Below, piece after piece: positions 31,399-40,131 of a stretch of DNA of 64,000 nucleotides. Each line of letters opens with the position of its first letter. Position 1 is the first letter of the stretch. Both the position numbers and the translations under genes were made by a program. This stretch comes from Vulcanimicrobiota bacterium (GTDB lineage: Bacteria > Vulcanimicrobiota > Vulcanimicrobiia > Eremiobacterales > Eremiobacteraceae). Location: contig CAWETU010000001.1 of assembly GCA_963812135.1 (NCBI GenBank), positions 928,001 through 992,000 of the forward strand. Reading direction: 5' to 3'. The notes beneath the pieces were generated by a model. That model ran no database searches. It worked only from the letters and a program-made list of their open reading frames with translations, and had not been told where the DNA came from.

Positions 31399-32659
31399 CG
31401 TCGTCGTCGTCGTTGGCGCAGGCCCAGGCGGCTCGGCGGCGGCGCACTGGCTTGCACGCGCCGGCGCCGACGTCGTGATGCTCGAACGCGCACGCTTCCC
31501 GCGCGACAAGAGCTGCGGCGACGGCGTCACTGCGCACGCAGTCGACATTCTCGCGGATATGGGCGTGCACTTCGACGATTTTCAGGGCAAGGGCGCGCGC
31601 ACGTTCGGCGGCTTGATCGGCGGGCCCAGCGGCGACACGTTTGCGGCCGATCCGCCGCCGCATCCGAGCGGTGCGAAAGTGGAATGCTGGGTCGTGCCGC
31701 GCGCGTTGCTCGACGAGCGCTTGGCGCGGGCAGCGGCGACGGCTGGCGCGGTGCTGCGCGAAGAGACGGCGTTCGCGGGCATGACGCGGCGCGCCGGCGG
31801 ATGGCGCGTTGAATATACCGACGCCTCGGGCGCGGGCACGATCGACTGCCAGCTCGTCATCGGCGCCGACGGCGCGCATTCAGCCGTCGCGAAATCACTC
31901 GGCCTGCAAGAAAATCCGCCGCCGCATCTGGGCTACGCGCTGCGCGGCTACTACGAAGGCGTGCAAGGCTTGAGCGACAAGCTTGAGATCTATTACTATG
32001 ACAAACACACATTGCCGGGGTATGGCTGGATCTTTCCGGCGGGCGACGGGCTCGCGAACGTCGGCATCGGCATCTTCGTCGGCGAGCTGCGCCGCTCGAA
32101 GAAGAAGATGCGCGAACTGCTTGACGAGTTTCTCGCGCATTCGCCGCGCATCGTCGAACGCTGCGCAGGCGCGAAGCCCGTCGGCCGCGCGATCGGCTGG
32201 CCGTTGCCGGTGTCGAGCGCGCACCGGCCGACTGTGTTCGATAATGCGATGCTCGTCGGCGACGCGGCTTCACTGGTGGACCCGCTGACCGGCGAAGGCA
32301 TCTACACCGCGCTCGTGTCAGGCCGTAGCGCTGCCCGCGCGGCGTTGGGAGCGCTGGCGTCGGGCGACGCGTCGCACGCAGCGTTGCGGATCCACGAGCG
32401 CGAATGGCGGGCCGAAGCGGGCGGCTACCTCTCCAGCGGGCGGCTGCTCAAGAATCTTGCGAAGAGCCCGGCGCTGCTCGACCTCATCATCCGCCGTGCG
32501 GCGCAAAGCGAGTACTATGCGAGCCGCGCGATCGGTTACGGCCTCGGGACGCTCGACCGGCGGCGCGCGCTGCGCTCGATCGTCATGAAAGCCATCTTCA
32601 ACCCGTCGTTTTTCAAGGTCCGCAGGCGGGACGAGGCGATGCCAGCTGCGGGCGGTTGA
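31388..32659 (+). CDS. Geranylgeranyl reductase family flavoprotein
   Basis: GAGPGG, FPRDKSCGDG, GADG, GYGWIFP and GDAA..DPLTGEGI motifs. Confidence 0.88.
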   Translation: MATDVVVVVGAGPGGSAAAHWLARAGADVVMLERARFPRDKSCGDGVTAHAVDILADMGVHFDDFQGKGARTFGGLIGGPSGDTFAADPPPHPSGAKVECWVVPRALLDERLARAAATAGAVLREETAFAGMTRRAGGWRVEYTDASGAGTIDCQLVIGADGAHSAVAKSLGLQENPPPHLGYALRGYYEGVQGLSDKLEIYYYDKHTLPGYGWIFPAGDGLANVGIGIFVGELRRSKKKMRELLDEFLAHSPRIVERCAGAKPVGRAIGWPLPVSSAHRPTVFDNAMLVGDAASLVDPLTGEGIYTALVSGRSAARAALGALASGDASHAALRIHEREWRAEAGGYLSSGRLLKNLAKSPALLDLIIRRAAQSEYYASRAIGYGLGTLDRRRALRSIVMKAIFNPSFFKVRRRDEAMPAAGG

Positions 32660-32695
32660 AACTTTTCCTCGAAGGTACCATTAAGGTAGGACGCT

Positions 32696-33130
32696 ATGAC
32701 GAATGAGCCCGCCATGACCAACGACCCCACCCAAGCCCAGCTTCCGCCGCCGCCGGTCATGCCAGTGGAACGGCCATTGCCGGACCGTCTTCAAGCCGAG
32801 GCGCGCACATGGGCGATGCTCTGCCACCTTTCGTCCATCAGCGGCTACATCGGCTTGCCGTTCGGACATTTGATCGGACCGCTCATCGTGTGGCTGGTCA
32901 AGAAGGACCAGTTTCCGCTCGTCGATGACCAGGGTAAGGAATCGCTGAACTTCCAGATCTCGATGACGATCTACGGCGTCGTCGCGCTGATCCTGTCCTT
33001 TTTGCTCATCGGGATCCCATTGCTGGTCCTGATCGCGCTCGGAGACCTCGTGTTCGTGATCATCGCTGCGATCGAGGCGAATAAAGGCGTTCCGTATCGC
33101 TATCCGTTCACGATCCGCTTTTTGACTTAA
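32696..33130 (+). CDS. DUF4870-type membrane protein
   Basis: WAMLCHLS, GPLIVW, GKESLNFQI and YRYP motifs. Confidence 0.85.
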   Translation: MTNEPAMTNDPTQAQLPPPPVMPVERPLPDRLQAEARTWAMLCHLSSISGYIGLPFGHLIGPLIVWLVKKDQFPLVDDQGKESLNFQISMTIYGVVALILSFLLIGIPLLVLIALGDLVFVIIAAIEANKGVPYRYPFTIRFLT

Positions 33131-33842
33131 GAAAGCGTTTCGCGCTCGGGCACAGATCGACGAGCACGCAGCGCGCGCACTCCGGATTGCGCGCGTGACA
33201 GACCTCGCGGCCGTGATGGATCAGCCAGTGATGCGCCTGCGACCACTCTGCCCGCGGAACCACTTTCATCAGCTGACGTTCTGACTGCGCAGGCGTGCGC
33301 GCGCGCGTAAGACCGGTTCGATTCGCGACGCGGAAGACGTGGGTGTCGACCGCGATCGCATCTTGCGCGAATCCGACGGCCAGCACGACGTTGGCGGTCT
33401 TGCGGCCGACACCCGGCAGCTCCAGTAGCTGCTCCATCGTGTTCGGCACTTTGCCGTCGTGGTGTTCCACGATGAGGCGGCTCGCCGCGATGATGTTCTT
33501 GGCTTTGGTGGTGAACAGCCCGCACGTCTTGATGAAAGGTTCAAGGTCCTCAGGCTCCGCCGCTGCCATTGCCTCGGCGGTCGGATAGCGCGCGAAGAGC
33601 GCCGGCGTCACCATGTTCACGCGCGCATCGGTGCATTGCGCCGAGAGTATGACCGCGACGAGCAGTTGGAACGTGTCGCCGTATTCCAGCGCGGTCTCGG
33701 CATGGGCGTACGTCGTGTGCAGGCGCTCCAGGATCGCTGCGTCACGCTGCGCTTTTGTCAGGGCAGGGCGGCGCGCGTCCTTGTCCGGTTGAGCGCGACC
33801 AGCCCGTCGCGTTCGAGATCGAGCAGCAGATCTTCCAACCAC
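33108..33842 (-). CDS. nth: Endonuclease III (start uncertain)
   Basis: LSAQCTD, LPGVGRKTANV, VDTHV and CHARNPECARC..C Fe-S motif. Confidence 0.95.
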   Translation of the reverse strand: MVGRSAARSRTRRAGRAQPDKDARRPALTKAQRDAAILERLHTTYAHAETALEYGDTFQLLVAVILSAQCTDARVNMVTPALFARYPTAEAMAAAEPEDLEPFIKTCGLFTTKAKNIIAASRLIVEHHDGKVPNTMEQLLELPGVGRKTANVVLAVGFAQDAIAVDTHVFRVANRTGLTRARTPAQSERQLMKVVPRAEWSQAHHWLIHHGREVCHARNPECARCVLVDLCPSAKRFLKSKSGS

Positions 33843-34657
33843 GGCAAGTCGCTTTTGCCAAAGCCTACTTTTACCTGCGGTCCGAGGCGCATGAGGTCCA
33901 TACTGCGGGCGTCGACAAGCGCGCGGATGACGCGGCCGCGCTGTTGCCGCCTCGAGCCTTCAAACCGTTCCGTTCGGCCTGTAGCGGTCGAATTTATTCG
34001 ACCGGCGCCCCGACGTTTGAACGCGCACGCATTGCGCAACGGACACTCCGCGCAAGCGGGCTTCGCCCGGCAGAACATCGCGCCGATATCCATCAGCGCG
34101 TGGTTCCACGTCGCCGCATTTCTTGGAAGGACGCCAGCCGCGAGACGCCATGCTGTCGCGTCATCCGCACGGTCGACGCCGAGCAGCGCGCGCGACAGCA
34201 CGCGGCGCACGTTGACGTCAACCGCTGCTTCGCGCGCGCCGAACGCGAAGCTCGCGATCGCGCCTGCGGTGTAGCGCCCGATACCGGGCAGCGATCGCAA
34301 CGCGTCGATTTCGCGCGGCATGCGGCCGCCGTGATGCGCGACGATGTCGCGCGCGCACTGCCAGAGATTTCGCGCGCGGCGATTGTACCCAAGGCCAGAC
34401 CAACAACGCAAAACGTCGCGCAGCGGTGCCTGCGCGAGCGCGCGCGCCCTGGGAAAGCTTTTCAAGAACTCATGGTACTTTGGAATGACGCGAGACACTT
34501 GCGTCTGCTGGAGCATGATCTCCGAGACCAAGATCGCATACGGATCTCGCGTACGTCGCCAGGGCAGGTCGCGCCGATGGCGCCGATACCAGCGCAACAC
34601 GAGTCGCCGTATTGGAGCGGTCGAGTTTACTCGACCGTTCGTAGCTGTCGAATTCAT
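33758..34657 (-). CDS. mutY: A/G-specific adenine glycosylase, short form
   Basis: RDLPWR, SEIMLQQTQV, WSGLGY, LPGIGRYTA, VDVNVRR and an Fe-S Cys motif. The preferred start is ATG 34657 (AAGGG upstream, just after the PhzF stop), and TTG 34687 is the alternative. Confidence 0.92.
   Translation of the reverse strand: MNSTATNGRVNSTAPIRRLVLRWYRRHRRDLPWRRTRDPYAILVSEIMLQQTQVSRVIPKYHEFLKSFPRARALAQAPLRDVLRCWSGLGYNRRARNLWQCARDIVAHHGGRMPREIDALRSLPGIGRYTAGAIASFAFGAREAAVDVNVRRVLSRALLGVDRADDATAWRLAAGVLPRNAATWNHALMDIGAMFCRAKPACAECPLRNACAFKRRGAGRINSTATGRTERFEGSRRQQRGRVIRALVDARSMDLMRLGPQVKVGFGKSDLPWLEDLLLDLERDGLVALNRTRTRAALP
33981..34004 (+). repeat. REP-like palindrome family 1, copy E (in mutY)
   Basis: GTAGCGGTCGAATTTATTCGACCG, identical to copy C. 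Reads GRINSTAT just after the Fe-S motif. Confidence 0.9.
34614..34637 (+). repeat. REP-like palindrome family 1, copy F (mutY N-terminus)
   Basis: GGAG CGGTCGAGT TT ACTCGACCG, with a compensatory A-T to G-C pair. Reads GRVNSTAP. Confidence 0.85.
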
Positions 34658-34664
34658 GCGACCC
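34641..34664 (+). repeat. REP-like palindrome family 1, degenerate copy G (spans the probable mutY start)
   Basis: GTAG CTGTCGAAT TC ATGCGACCC, 27 nt from copy F. Reads GRMNSTAT. Confidence 0.7.
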
Positions 34665-35447
34665 TTAAACGTGGATCGCGCCTTCAAGATACAGCGCGGC
34701 GCGCCCGGCGATATTTACGCGATCGCCGCGATCCTCGCAGAATAGCTCGCCGCCGCGTTTGGACAGCTGCAGGGCGCGCAACGGATTGCGATTGAGACGC
34801 TTCGACCAATATGGGATCAGCATGCAATGCGCGGAGCCTGTGACCGGGTCTTCCGGTATGCCTTGCTTCGGCGCGAAAAAGCGCGACACGAAATCCACGT
34901 CCTTTCCGGGCGCCGTGCAGATGAACGCGCGCACGTCTTCGATCTCAGCCAAACGGGCCGTGTCGGGTTTGAGCGCCCGGATCTCAGCTTCGCTGCCGAA
35001 CACCGCCATATAGTCCGTTCCCTTGAAGACGGCTTCGGGTTTCGCACCGAGCGCGTCGATCAGCCCGGGCGGCGGTTCGCTGCGGACGGCAGGCACGGCG
35101 GGAAAATCCATGACCAACGTGTCGTCTTGCCGGCTCACGCTCAACGGACCGCTTTTCGACGAAAACGTCACTGAGGTTCGCGATGGCTCCAGGATATTGA
35201 ACACCGCGTAGGCGCTTGCCAGTGTCGCGTGGCCGCACAGCGCGACTTCGACTGCGGGCGTGAACCAGCGGATCGCGTACTGGCCGTTAGACGGCACGAT
35301 GAACGCAGTCTCAGAAAGGTTGTTCTCCAAGGCGATCGACTGCATCATCGCGTCGGGCAGCCACGCGTCGAGCGGACACACGGCGGCCGGATTGCCGCCG
35401 AAGACCTTTCCGGTGAAGGCATCGATTTGATACAACGGAATCTTCAT
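34665..35447 (-). CDS. PhzF family epimerase/isomerase
   Basis: QIDAFT..GNPAAV, NLSETAF, LCGHATLAS and EDPVTGSAH motifs. Confidence 0.93.
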   Translation of the reverse strand: MKIPLYQIDAFTGKVFGGNPAAVCPLDAWLPDAMMQSIALENNLSETAFIVPSNGQYAIRWFTPAVEVALCGHATLASAYAVFNILEPSRTSVTFSSKSGPLSVSRQDDTLVMDFPAVPAVRSEPPPGLIDALGAKPEAVFKGTDYMAVFGSEAEIRALKPDTARLAEIEDVRAFICTAPGKDVDFVSRFFAPKQGIPEDPVTGSAHCMLIPYWSKRLNRNPLRALQLSKRGGELFCEDRGDRVNIAGRAALYLEGAIHV

Positions 35448-35495
35448 GCTCGCCGGGCTTCGCTGCTGAAGCCGGACGTCATTTTGGACACGTGG

Positions 35496-36308
35496 ATGAG
35501 CGCGCGCATCTGGCTTGGTGCTATGGGATGGCAAGAAAAGGACTGGGTCGGTCCTTTCTATCCGGTCGACACGACGCCGAAAGATATGCTCGCGCAGTAC
35601 GGCCGTTCGCTCTCGTCCGTTGAAGTCGACTCATCGTTCTACGGTCGGCCGCGCGCCACAACCGTCGATGAATGGAATGCCGCTGCGCCGGCGGATTTTC
35701 GCTTCTCGCTGAAAGTGCCGCGTGAAGTGACGCACAAGCGGCGCTTCAAAGATGTCGGCGAATACTTCGGCTTCTTCGTGGAGCGCGTGCGCACGCTCGG
35801 TCCCAAGCTCGGGGCGATCCTGATGCAATGCCCGCCTGACTTCGGGCCGTCGGCCGGCAATCGCAGCAGTTTATTCGAATTCATCGACACGTATGCCCCG
35901 GGCGATGTGAAGCTCGCGCTCGAGCTGCGCGACGCCGGCTGGTTCGACGATGCGCTGTTTGCGCTCGCACGCGAGAAACGCGTGGCGGTTGTGGCTGCCG
36001 AGAGCGAACGTTTCGATGTCACAGCCGCGTCAGACATCCTACGTAGGCAGCGTGGCGGCGCCGACTTCCTCTACTGCCGTTGGATGAGCGATGTGCCGTT
36101 CGAGCATTTCGATCAGATACGAGTGGACCGCAGCGAATCGCTCGCGGCCTGGGCTGCGGTGCTGGCTGAAGAACGCAAGCACGTTGCCGATATCTATGGA
36201 TATGTCAGCGATGATTACGCCGGTCACGCCCCAGCGACGGTCCGCGATCTACTCGCTCGACTCGGCGAGAACGCGCCGCCCGACATCACCACGCCGACGC
36301 TCTTCTGA
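35496..36308 (+). CDS. DUF72 family protein
   Basis: W.G.FYP, VEVDSSFY, FRFSLK.P..VTH, LG..L.QCPP and ALELR motifs. Confidence 0.88.
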   Translation: MSARIWLGAMGWQEKDWVGPFYPVDTTPKDMLAQYGRSLSSVEVDSSFYGRPRATTVDEWNAAAPADFRFSLKVPREVTHKRRFKDVGEYFGFFVERVRTLGPKLGAILMQCPPDFGPSAGNRSSLFEFIDTYAPGDVKLALELRDAGWFDDALFALAREKRVAVVAAESERFDVTAASDILRRQRGGADFLYCRWMSDVPFEHFDQIRVDRSESLAAWAAVLAEERKHVADIYGYVSDDYAGHAPATVRDLLARLGENAPPDITTPTLF

Positions 36309-36378
36309 CGGCGCTCACGCAGGAAGCCGCTCCACCTGATGGAAACATGCTGAAACGGGGAAAGGTATCTTCTAAAGC

Positions 36379-38208
36379 GTGATCCTCAACGACATCGAGG
36401 TCCTCTTCGGCGGCCAAGCCGGCGACGGCAGCCTTACGACCGGCGACCTCATCGCCACGGTCTTCAAGCGCATGGGCCTTGACGTCTACACGTTCAAGGA
36501 CTTCCCGTCGCGCATCCGCGGCGGCCACACGAATTACATCATCCGCGCGGGCGAGCACCCGCACTATGGCGTCGCCGATTACATCGACGCGATGATCGCG
36601 TTCGATCTTGAGTGCGTCGAGAAGCACATCGACGAGATGCGCCCTGGCGGATTTGTCATCTTCGATAACACGGATGAGCAGTTGACCGATGCGGTGCGGC
36701 GTGCCGACGTGCGCTACTACGAAGTGCCGCTCGCGAAAATCGCTAAAGAAGTGCTCGGACTCGAGCTCGTGCGCAACACGATCTCGCTCGGCGTCTTGAG
36801 CCAGCTCACCGGCATGGATCCGGCGATTGTGCGTCAGCTGGTCACGCGCCAATACGAGCGCAAAGGCGAGAAAGTCGTCAACCAGAACATCGGCGCAGTC
36901 GAAGCGGGCGAGAACTACGTCAAAGAACATTTCGCGGACGCGCCGAGCGGTTACGGACTCAAAGCCAAGCCCGACGTCAATCGCCTCATCATGATGGGCA
37001 ACGACGCGATTGGCTATGGCGCGCTGGCCGCGGGCTGCCGCTTTATGGCCGGCTATCCGATCACGCCGGCGACCGACATCCTCGAATGGATGGCCAAGCA
37101 CGCGCCCAAGTACGGCGGCGTGGTCATCCAAGCCGAAGACGAACTCGCCGCCATCAACATGGTCATCGGCGCGGCCTACGCGGGCACACGCGCGATGACT
37201 GCAACCTCCGGCCCAGGCCAGGCGCTCATGACCGAAGGCATCGGCCTTGCGGGCGTCACCGAGACGCCGATCGTCGTCATCGAGTGCGCGCGCGCCGGGC
37301 CGTCCACCGGCATGCCGACCAAGACCGAGCAGAGCAACCTCAACCATCTGATCTTCTCGGGGCACGGCGAGATCCCACGCGTGGTGCTGGCACCTGGGTC
37401 GGTCGAGGAATCATTTTACATCACCGTGTCTGCGTTCAACCTCGCCGAGAAGTATCAAGTGCCGGTATTCATCATCAGCGAGCAGGCGCTGTGCCAGAGC
37501 AAGGAGACGACGCCGAAGCTCGACCTCTCAGCTGTGACCGTCGACCGCGGCAAGCTGCATCGCAATGGTCCGCTGACGTTTGGCGAGTACAAGCGCTACG
37601 AATTCACCGAGGACGGCGTTTCGCCGCGCGCGATCCCGGGCACCGAAGGCGGCATGCACCTCGTGCCCGGATCCGAACACAACGACATGGGCGTGATCAC
37701 CGAAGATGCGCGCAACCGCGTGAAGATCATGGACAAGCGCATGCACAAGCTCGAGTCCATGCGGCCGGACCTGCCCAAGGCGATCGTGCACGGCGACCGC
37801 AGCGCGGGCGTCGCGTTCATCGGGTACGGCAGCAACCGCGGACCGATCAGCGAGGCCCAAGACAGGCTCACAGAAGCGGGCATTCCCTCACGCTTCTTGC
37901 AGCTGCGCACGCTGTGGCCGTTCCCCGAAGACGAAGTGCGCGAGTTCCTCAAATACGCGCACCATATCTTCGTGGTCGAGAACAACATGACCGGACAAGT
38001 GGAGCGGCTGGTGCGCTACGTGACCGGACCGTTGCCGAACATGCACCGGGTGCTCAAGTACAACGGCCGCCCGTTCCGCCCGATCGAGATCATCGAAGCG
38101 GTGCTGAAGATCGTGCCGCACACCAACGGCGCCGTCCCCGATCGCGCGAGCGCGATCGTAGAACCCGAGCGAAGCTCGGGTGCCGGTGCGAGCGCAGCTC
38201 GCGCCTAA
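36379..38208 (+). CDS. 2-oxoacid:ferredoxin oxidoreductase alpha subunit (gamma-alpha fusion)
   Basis: GGQAGDG, SRIRGG, GYPITPAT, QAEDE, ATSGPG and RAGPSTGMPT motifs. Confidence 0.95.
   Translation: MILNDIEVLFGGQAGDGSLTTGDLIATVFKRMGLDVYTFKDFPSRIRGGHTNYIIRAGEHPHYGVADYIDAMIAFDLECVEKHIDEMRPGGFVIFDNTDEQLTDAVRRADVRYYEVPLAKIAKEVLGLELVRNTISLGVLSQLTGMDPAIVRQLVTRQYERKGEKVVNQNIGAVEAGENYVKEHFADAPSGYGLKAKPDVNRLIMMGNDAIGYGALAAGCRFMAGYPITPATDILEWMAKHAPKYGGVVIQAEDELAAINMVIGAAYAGTRAMTATSGPGQALMTEGIGLAGVTETPIVVIECARAGPSTGMPTKTEQSNLNHLIFSGHGEIPRVVLAPGSVEESFYITVSAFNLAEKYQVPVFIISEQALCQSKETTPKLDLSAVTVDRGKLHRNGPLTFGEYKRYEFTEDGVSPRAIPGTEGGMHLVPGSEHNDMGVITEDARNRVKIMDKRMHKLESMRPDLPKAIVHGDRSAGVAFIGYGSNRGPISEAQDRLTEAGIPSRFLQLRTLWPFPEDEVREFLKYAHHIFVVENNMTGQVERLVRYVTGPLPNMHRVLKYNGRPFRPIEIIEAVLKIVPHTNGAVPDRASAIVEPERSSGAGASAARA
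38158..38181 (+). repeat. REP-like palindrome family 2, copy in the oxidoreductase alpha C-terminal tail
   Basis: GTAG-A-ACCCGAGC-GAA-GCTCGGGT, read in frame as VEPERSSG. Confidence 0.7.
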
Positions 38209-38216
38209 AGGAAACC

Positions 38217-39113
38217 ATGGCCACTCAACTGACCCCCAAAGATTTCGCGACCGCCACGCCGTCGTGGTGGTGCGCCGGGTGTGGCGACTTCGGCGTGCTT
38301 GCCGCTCTCAAGCAGGCGTGCGCCGAGCTCGGACTGCAGCCCAAAGACGTCGCCTTCATCTCGGGCATCGGCTGCTCGGGGAAGATCTCCGGCTATCTTC
38401 ATTCATATGCGTTCCACGGCGTGCACGGACGTGCGTTGCCGACGGCCACCGCGGTCAAGCTCGCGAACCGCGATCTGACGGTCATCGTCGCGGGTGGCGA
38501 TGGCGATGGCTACGCGATCGGCGCCGGCCACTTCTTGCACGCGGTGCGCCGCAATCCGAACATGACGTACATCGTGATGGACAACCAGACCTACGGCCTG
38601 ACCAAAGGGCAATCGTCGCCGACCAGCATGTTGGGATATCTGTCGGGCACGAGCCCGGCTGGCAATCCGGATGCGCCGCTCAACGGACTCGCGGTCGCAC
38701 TCGCGGCCGGCGGCACGTTCATCGCTCGCGCCTTCTCGTCGGAGCCCAAAGCCATGGTCGAAATGATTGTGGAGGCCGTGCGTCACCCGGGATTTTCTAT
38801 CGTCGAGGTGATGTCGCCGTGCGTGACCTTCAATAAGGTCAACACGTACAAGTGGTTCAAAGAGAACGTCTACCACATGAGCGACGTCGAGAATTATGAT
38901 TCTACCAACCGCGCACGAGCGTTTGAGATCTTGATGCAGACCGGCAAGATCCCGCTTGGCGTGTTCTACCGTGAGACGCGGCCAACATTCGACGATCTAA
39001 CGCTCAAAGATGGCACCGCGATCGCGAACCTAGATATAGAGAGCATCAACCCGATCGCTCGCTGCGCTCCAAGAAGCTTACACGTAGTCGGTCCCAACCC
39101 AAATATCCGTTAA
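38217..39113 (+). CDS. 2-oxoacid:ferredoxin oxidoreductase beta subunit
   Basis: WCAGCG, SGIGCS, HGR, GGDGD..DNQTYGLTKGQ and SPCVTFN motifs. The C-terminus may be frameshifted (alternative stop at 39087). Confidence 0.93.
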   Translation: MATQLTPKDFATATPSWWCAGCGDFGVLAALKQACAELGLQPKDVAFISGIGCSGKISGYLHSYAFHGVHGRALPTATAVKLANRDLTVIVAGGDGDGYAIGAGHFLHAVRRNPNMTYIVMDNQTYGLTKGQSSPTSMLGYLSGTSPAGNPDAPLNGLAVALAAGGTFIARAFSSEPKAMVEMIVEAVRHPGFSIVEVMSPCVTFNKVNTYKWFKENVYHMSDVENYDSTNRARAFEILMQTGKIPLGVFYRETRPTFDDLTLKDGTAIANLDIESINPIARCAPRSLHVVGPNPNIR

Positions 39114-39118
39114 CCGCC

Positions 39119-39148
39119 AAAAAAAAGACGACCGCGTAACGGTCGTCC
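39119..39148 (-). terminator. Intrinsic terminator between convergent genes
   Basis: GACGACCG-5 nt-CGGTCGTC hairpin with an A-run on its left, which is a U-tail on the minus strand. Confidence 0.75.
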
Positions 39149-39171
39149 TCTCGTTTGGGTTGGCGCGTGGT

Positions 39172-40131
39172 CTACGGGCCAAAGGCGAGCGAGAATGGGA
39201 AGCTCAATCCGTTCTGGAGCAAGCCGATCTGCGAAGAACTGCCCGCCCCGAATGGCGGCACAAAATCGCCGATGCCGAACTCGTTGGTGCCTAATGGCGG
39301 GGGCGGCGGTGCGGGACCATCGGCTCCGAACGTGGTCCACAGGTTGCCTGCCGCATCCGTGGTCGAATTGAGCGCTTCGCGCGCCGGCAATTGCCGGTTG
39401 CGAACGTTGCGGATTGGTCGACGCGTACGTGCCGGCGGATGCAGCCGATGGCTAGCTCCGTCGCCTGGCCGACATTAGATTGTAGTGCAACGATGCCGAT
39501 GCCACCAGTGAACGTCGGCATGTTCATTGGCGGACGGCGTGTTAACACCATCGTGAAGGGGGGCTGAAAACACGACAACCTGTTGGAATCCGAACGAATG
39601 GGACAACATGTGGCCAGAACTATCAAACACCACACCGACTGGTCGCATCCGAAAGCTGCCGTGGACATCGCTCAAAGCTGGAGCTTGCGCACCGGCGGCA
39701 AACGGCGGGACGAATTTCATCAATTGCTGGCCTAACTCGTCGCCGACCCAGAGGTTGCCGGCCGCATCGAAACTGATCCCTTCCGGAGTGCCCGCGCCCG
39801 TTATTGGACCGATGACCAGAAATGGCAGTGCTCGTGGCCGAAACCGGCGATTTGTAGACGCTAATCGTTTGGTTGAATGAATTGGAGACGTAGAGGTTGC
39901 CCGCCGAATCAAAGGCGACGCCGAACGGGATCTCCAGCGCCGGCAATCGTGAAGCTACGGCATAGATGTCGACGCTATCGGCTGGTTAAACACCAGCAAC
40001 CCATTGTTCAGGTCTGCGACAAACAACTGCGCCGATGCAGGCGGTGGAATCGAGATAACGGGACTCTTCGAGCAACCCGCGATCGCTGCGAAAGAGAGCA
40101 CGCCAAGCACGAAAAGACCAAATCGTTTCAC
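39172..40131 (-). pseudogene. Frameshifted NHL-like beta-propeller lipoprotein (paralog 1)
   Basis: GGAGG ribosome-binding site and GTG 40131, then MKRFGLFVLGVLSFAAIAG/CSKSP lipobox. Repeats PFGVAFDSAGNLYV, PEGISFDAAGNLWV and PVGVVFDSSGH are spread over several frames. Ends FPFSLAFGP. Confidence 0.75.

Noticed and set aside
37086..38216. Long N-terminal extension on the beta subunit in the 675-aa track ORF
   Set aside because: Arg-rich shadow frame over the alpha subunit. The real start is ATG 38217 after an AAGGA site.
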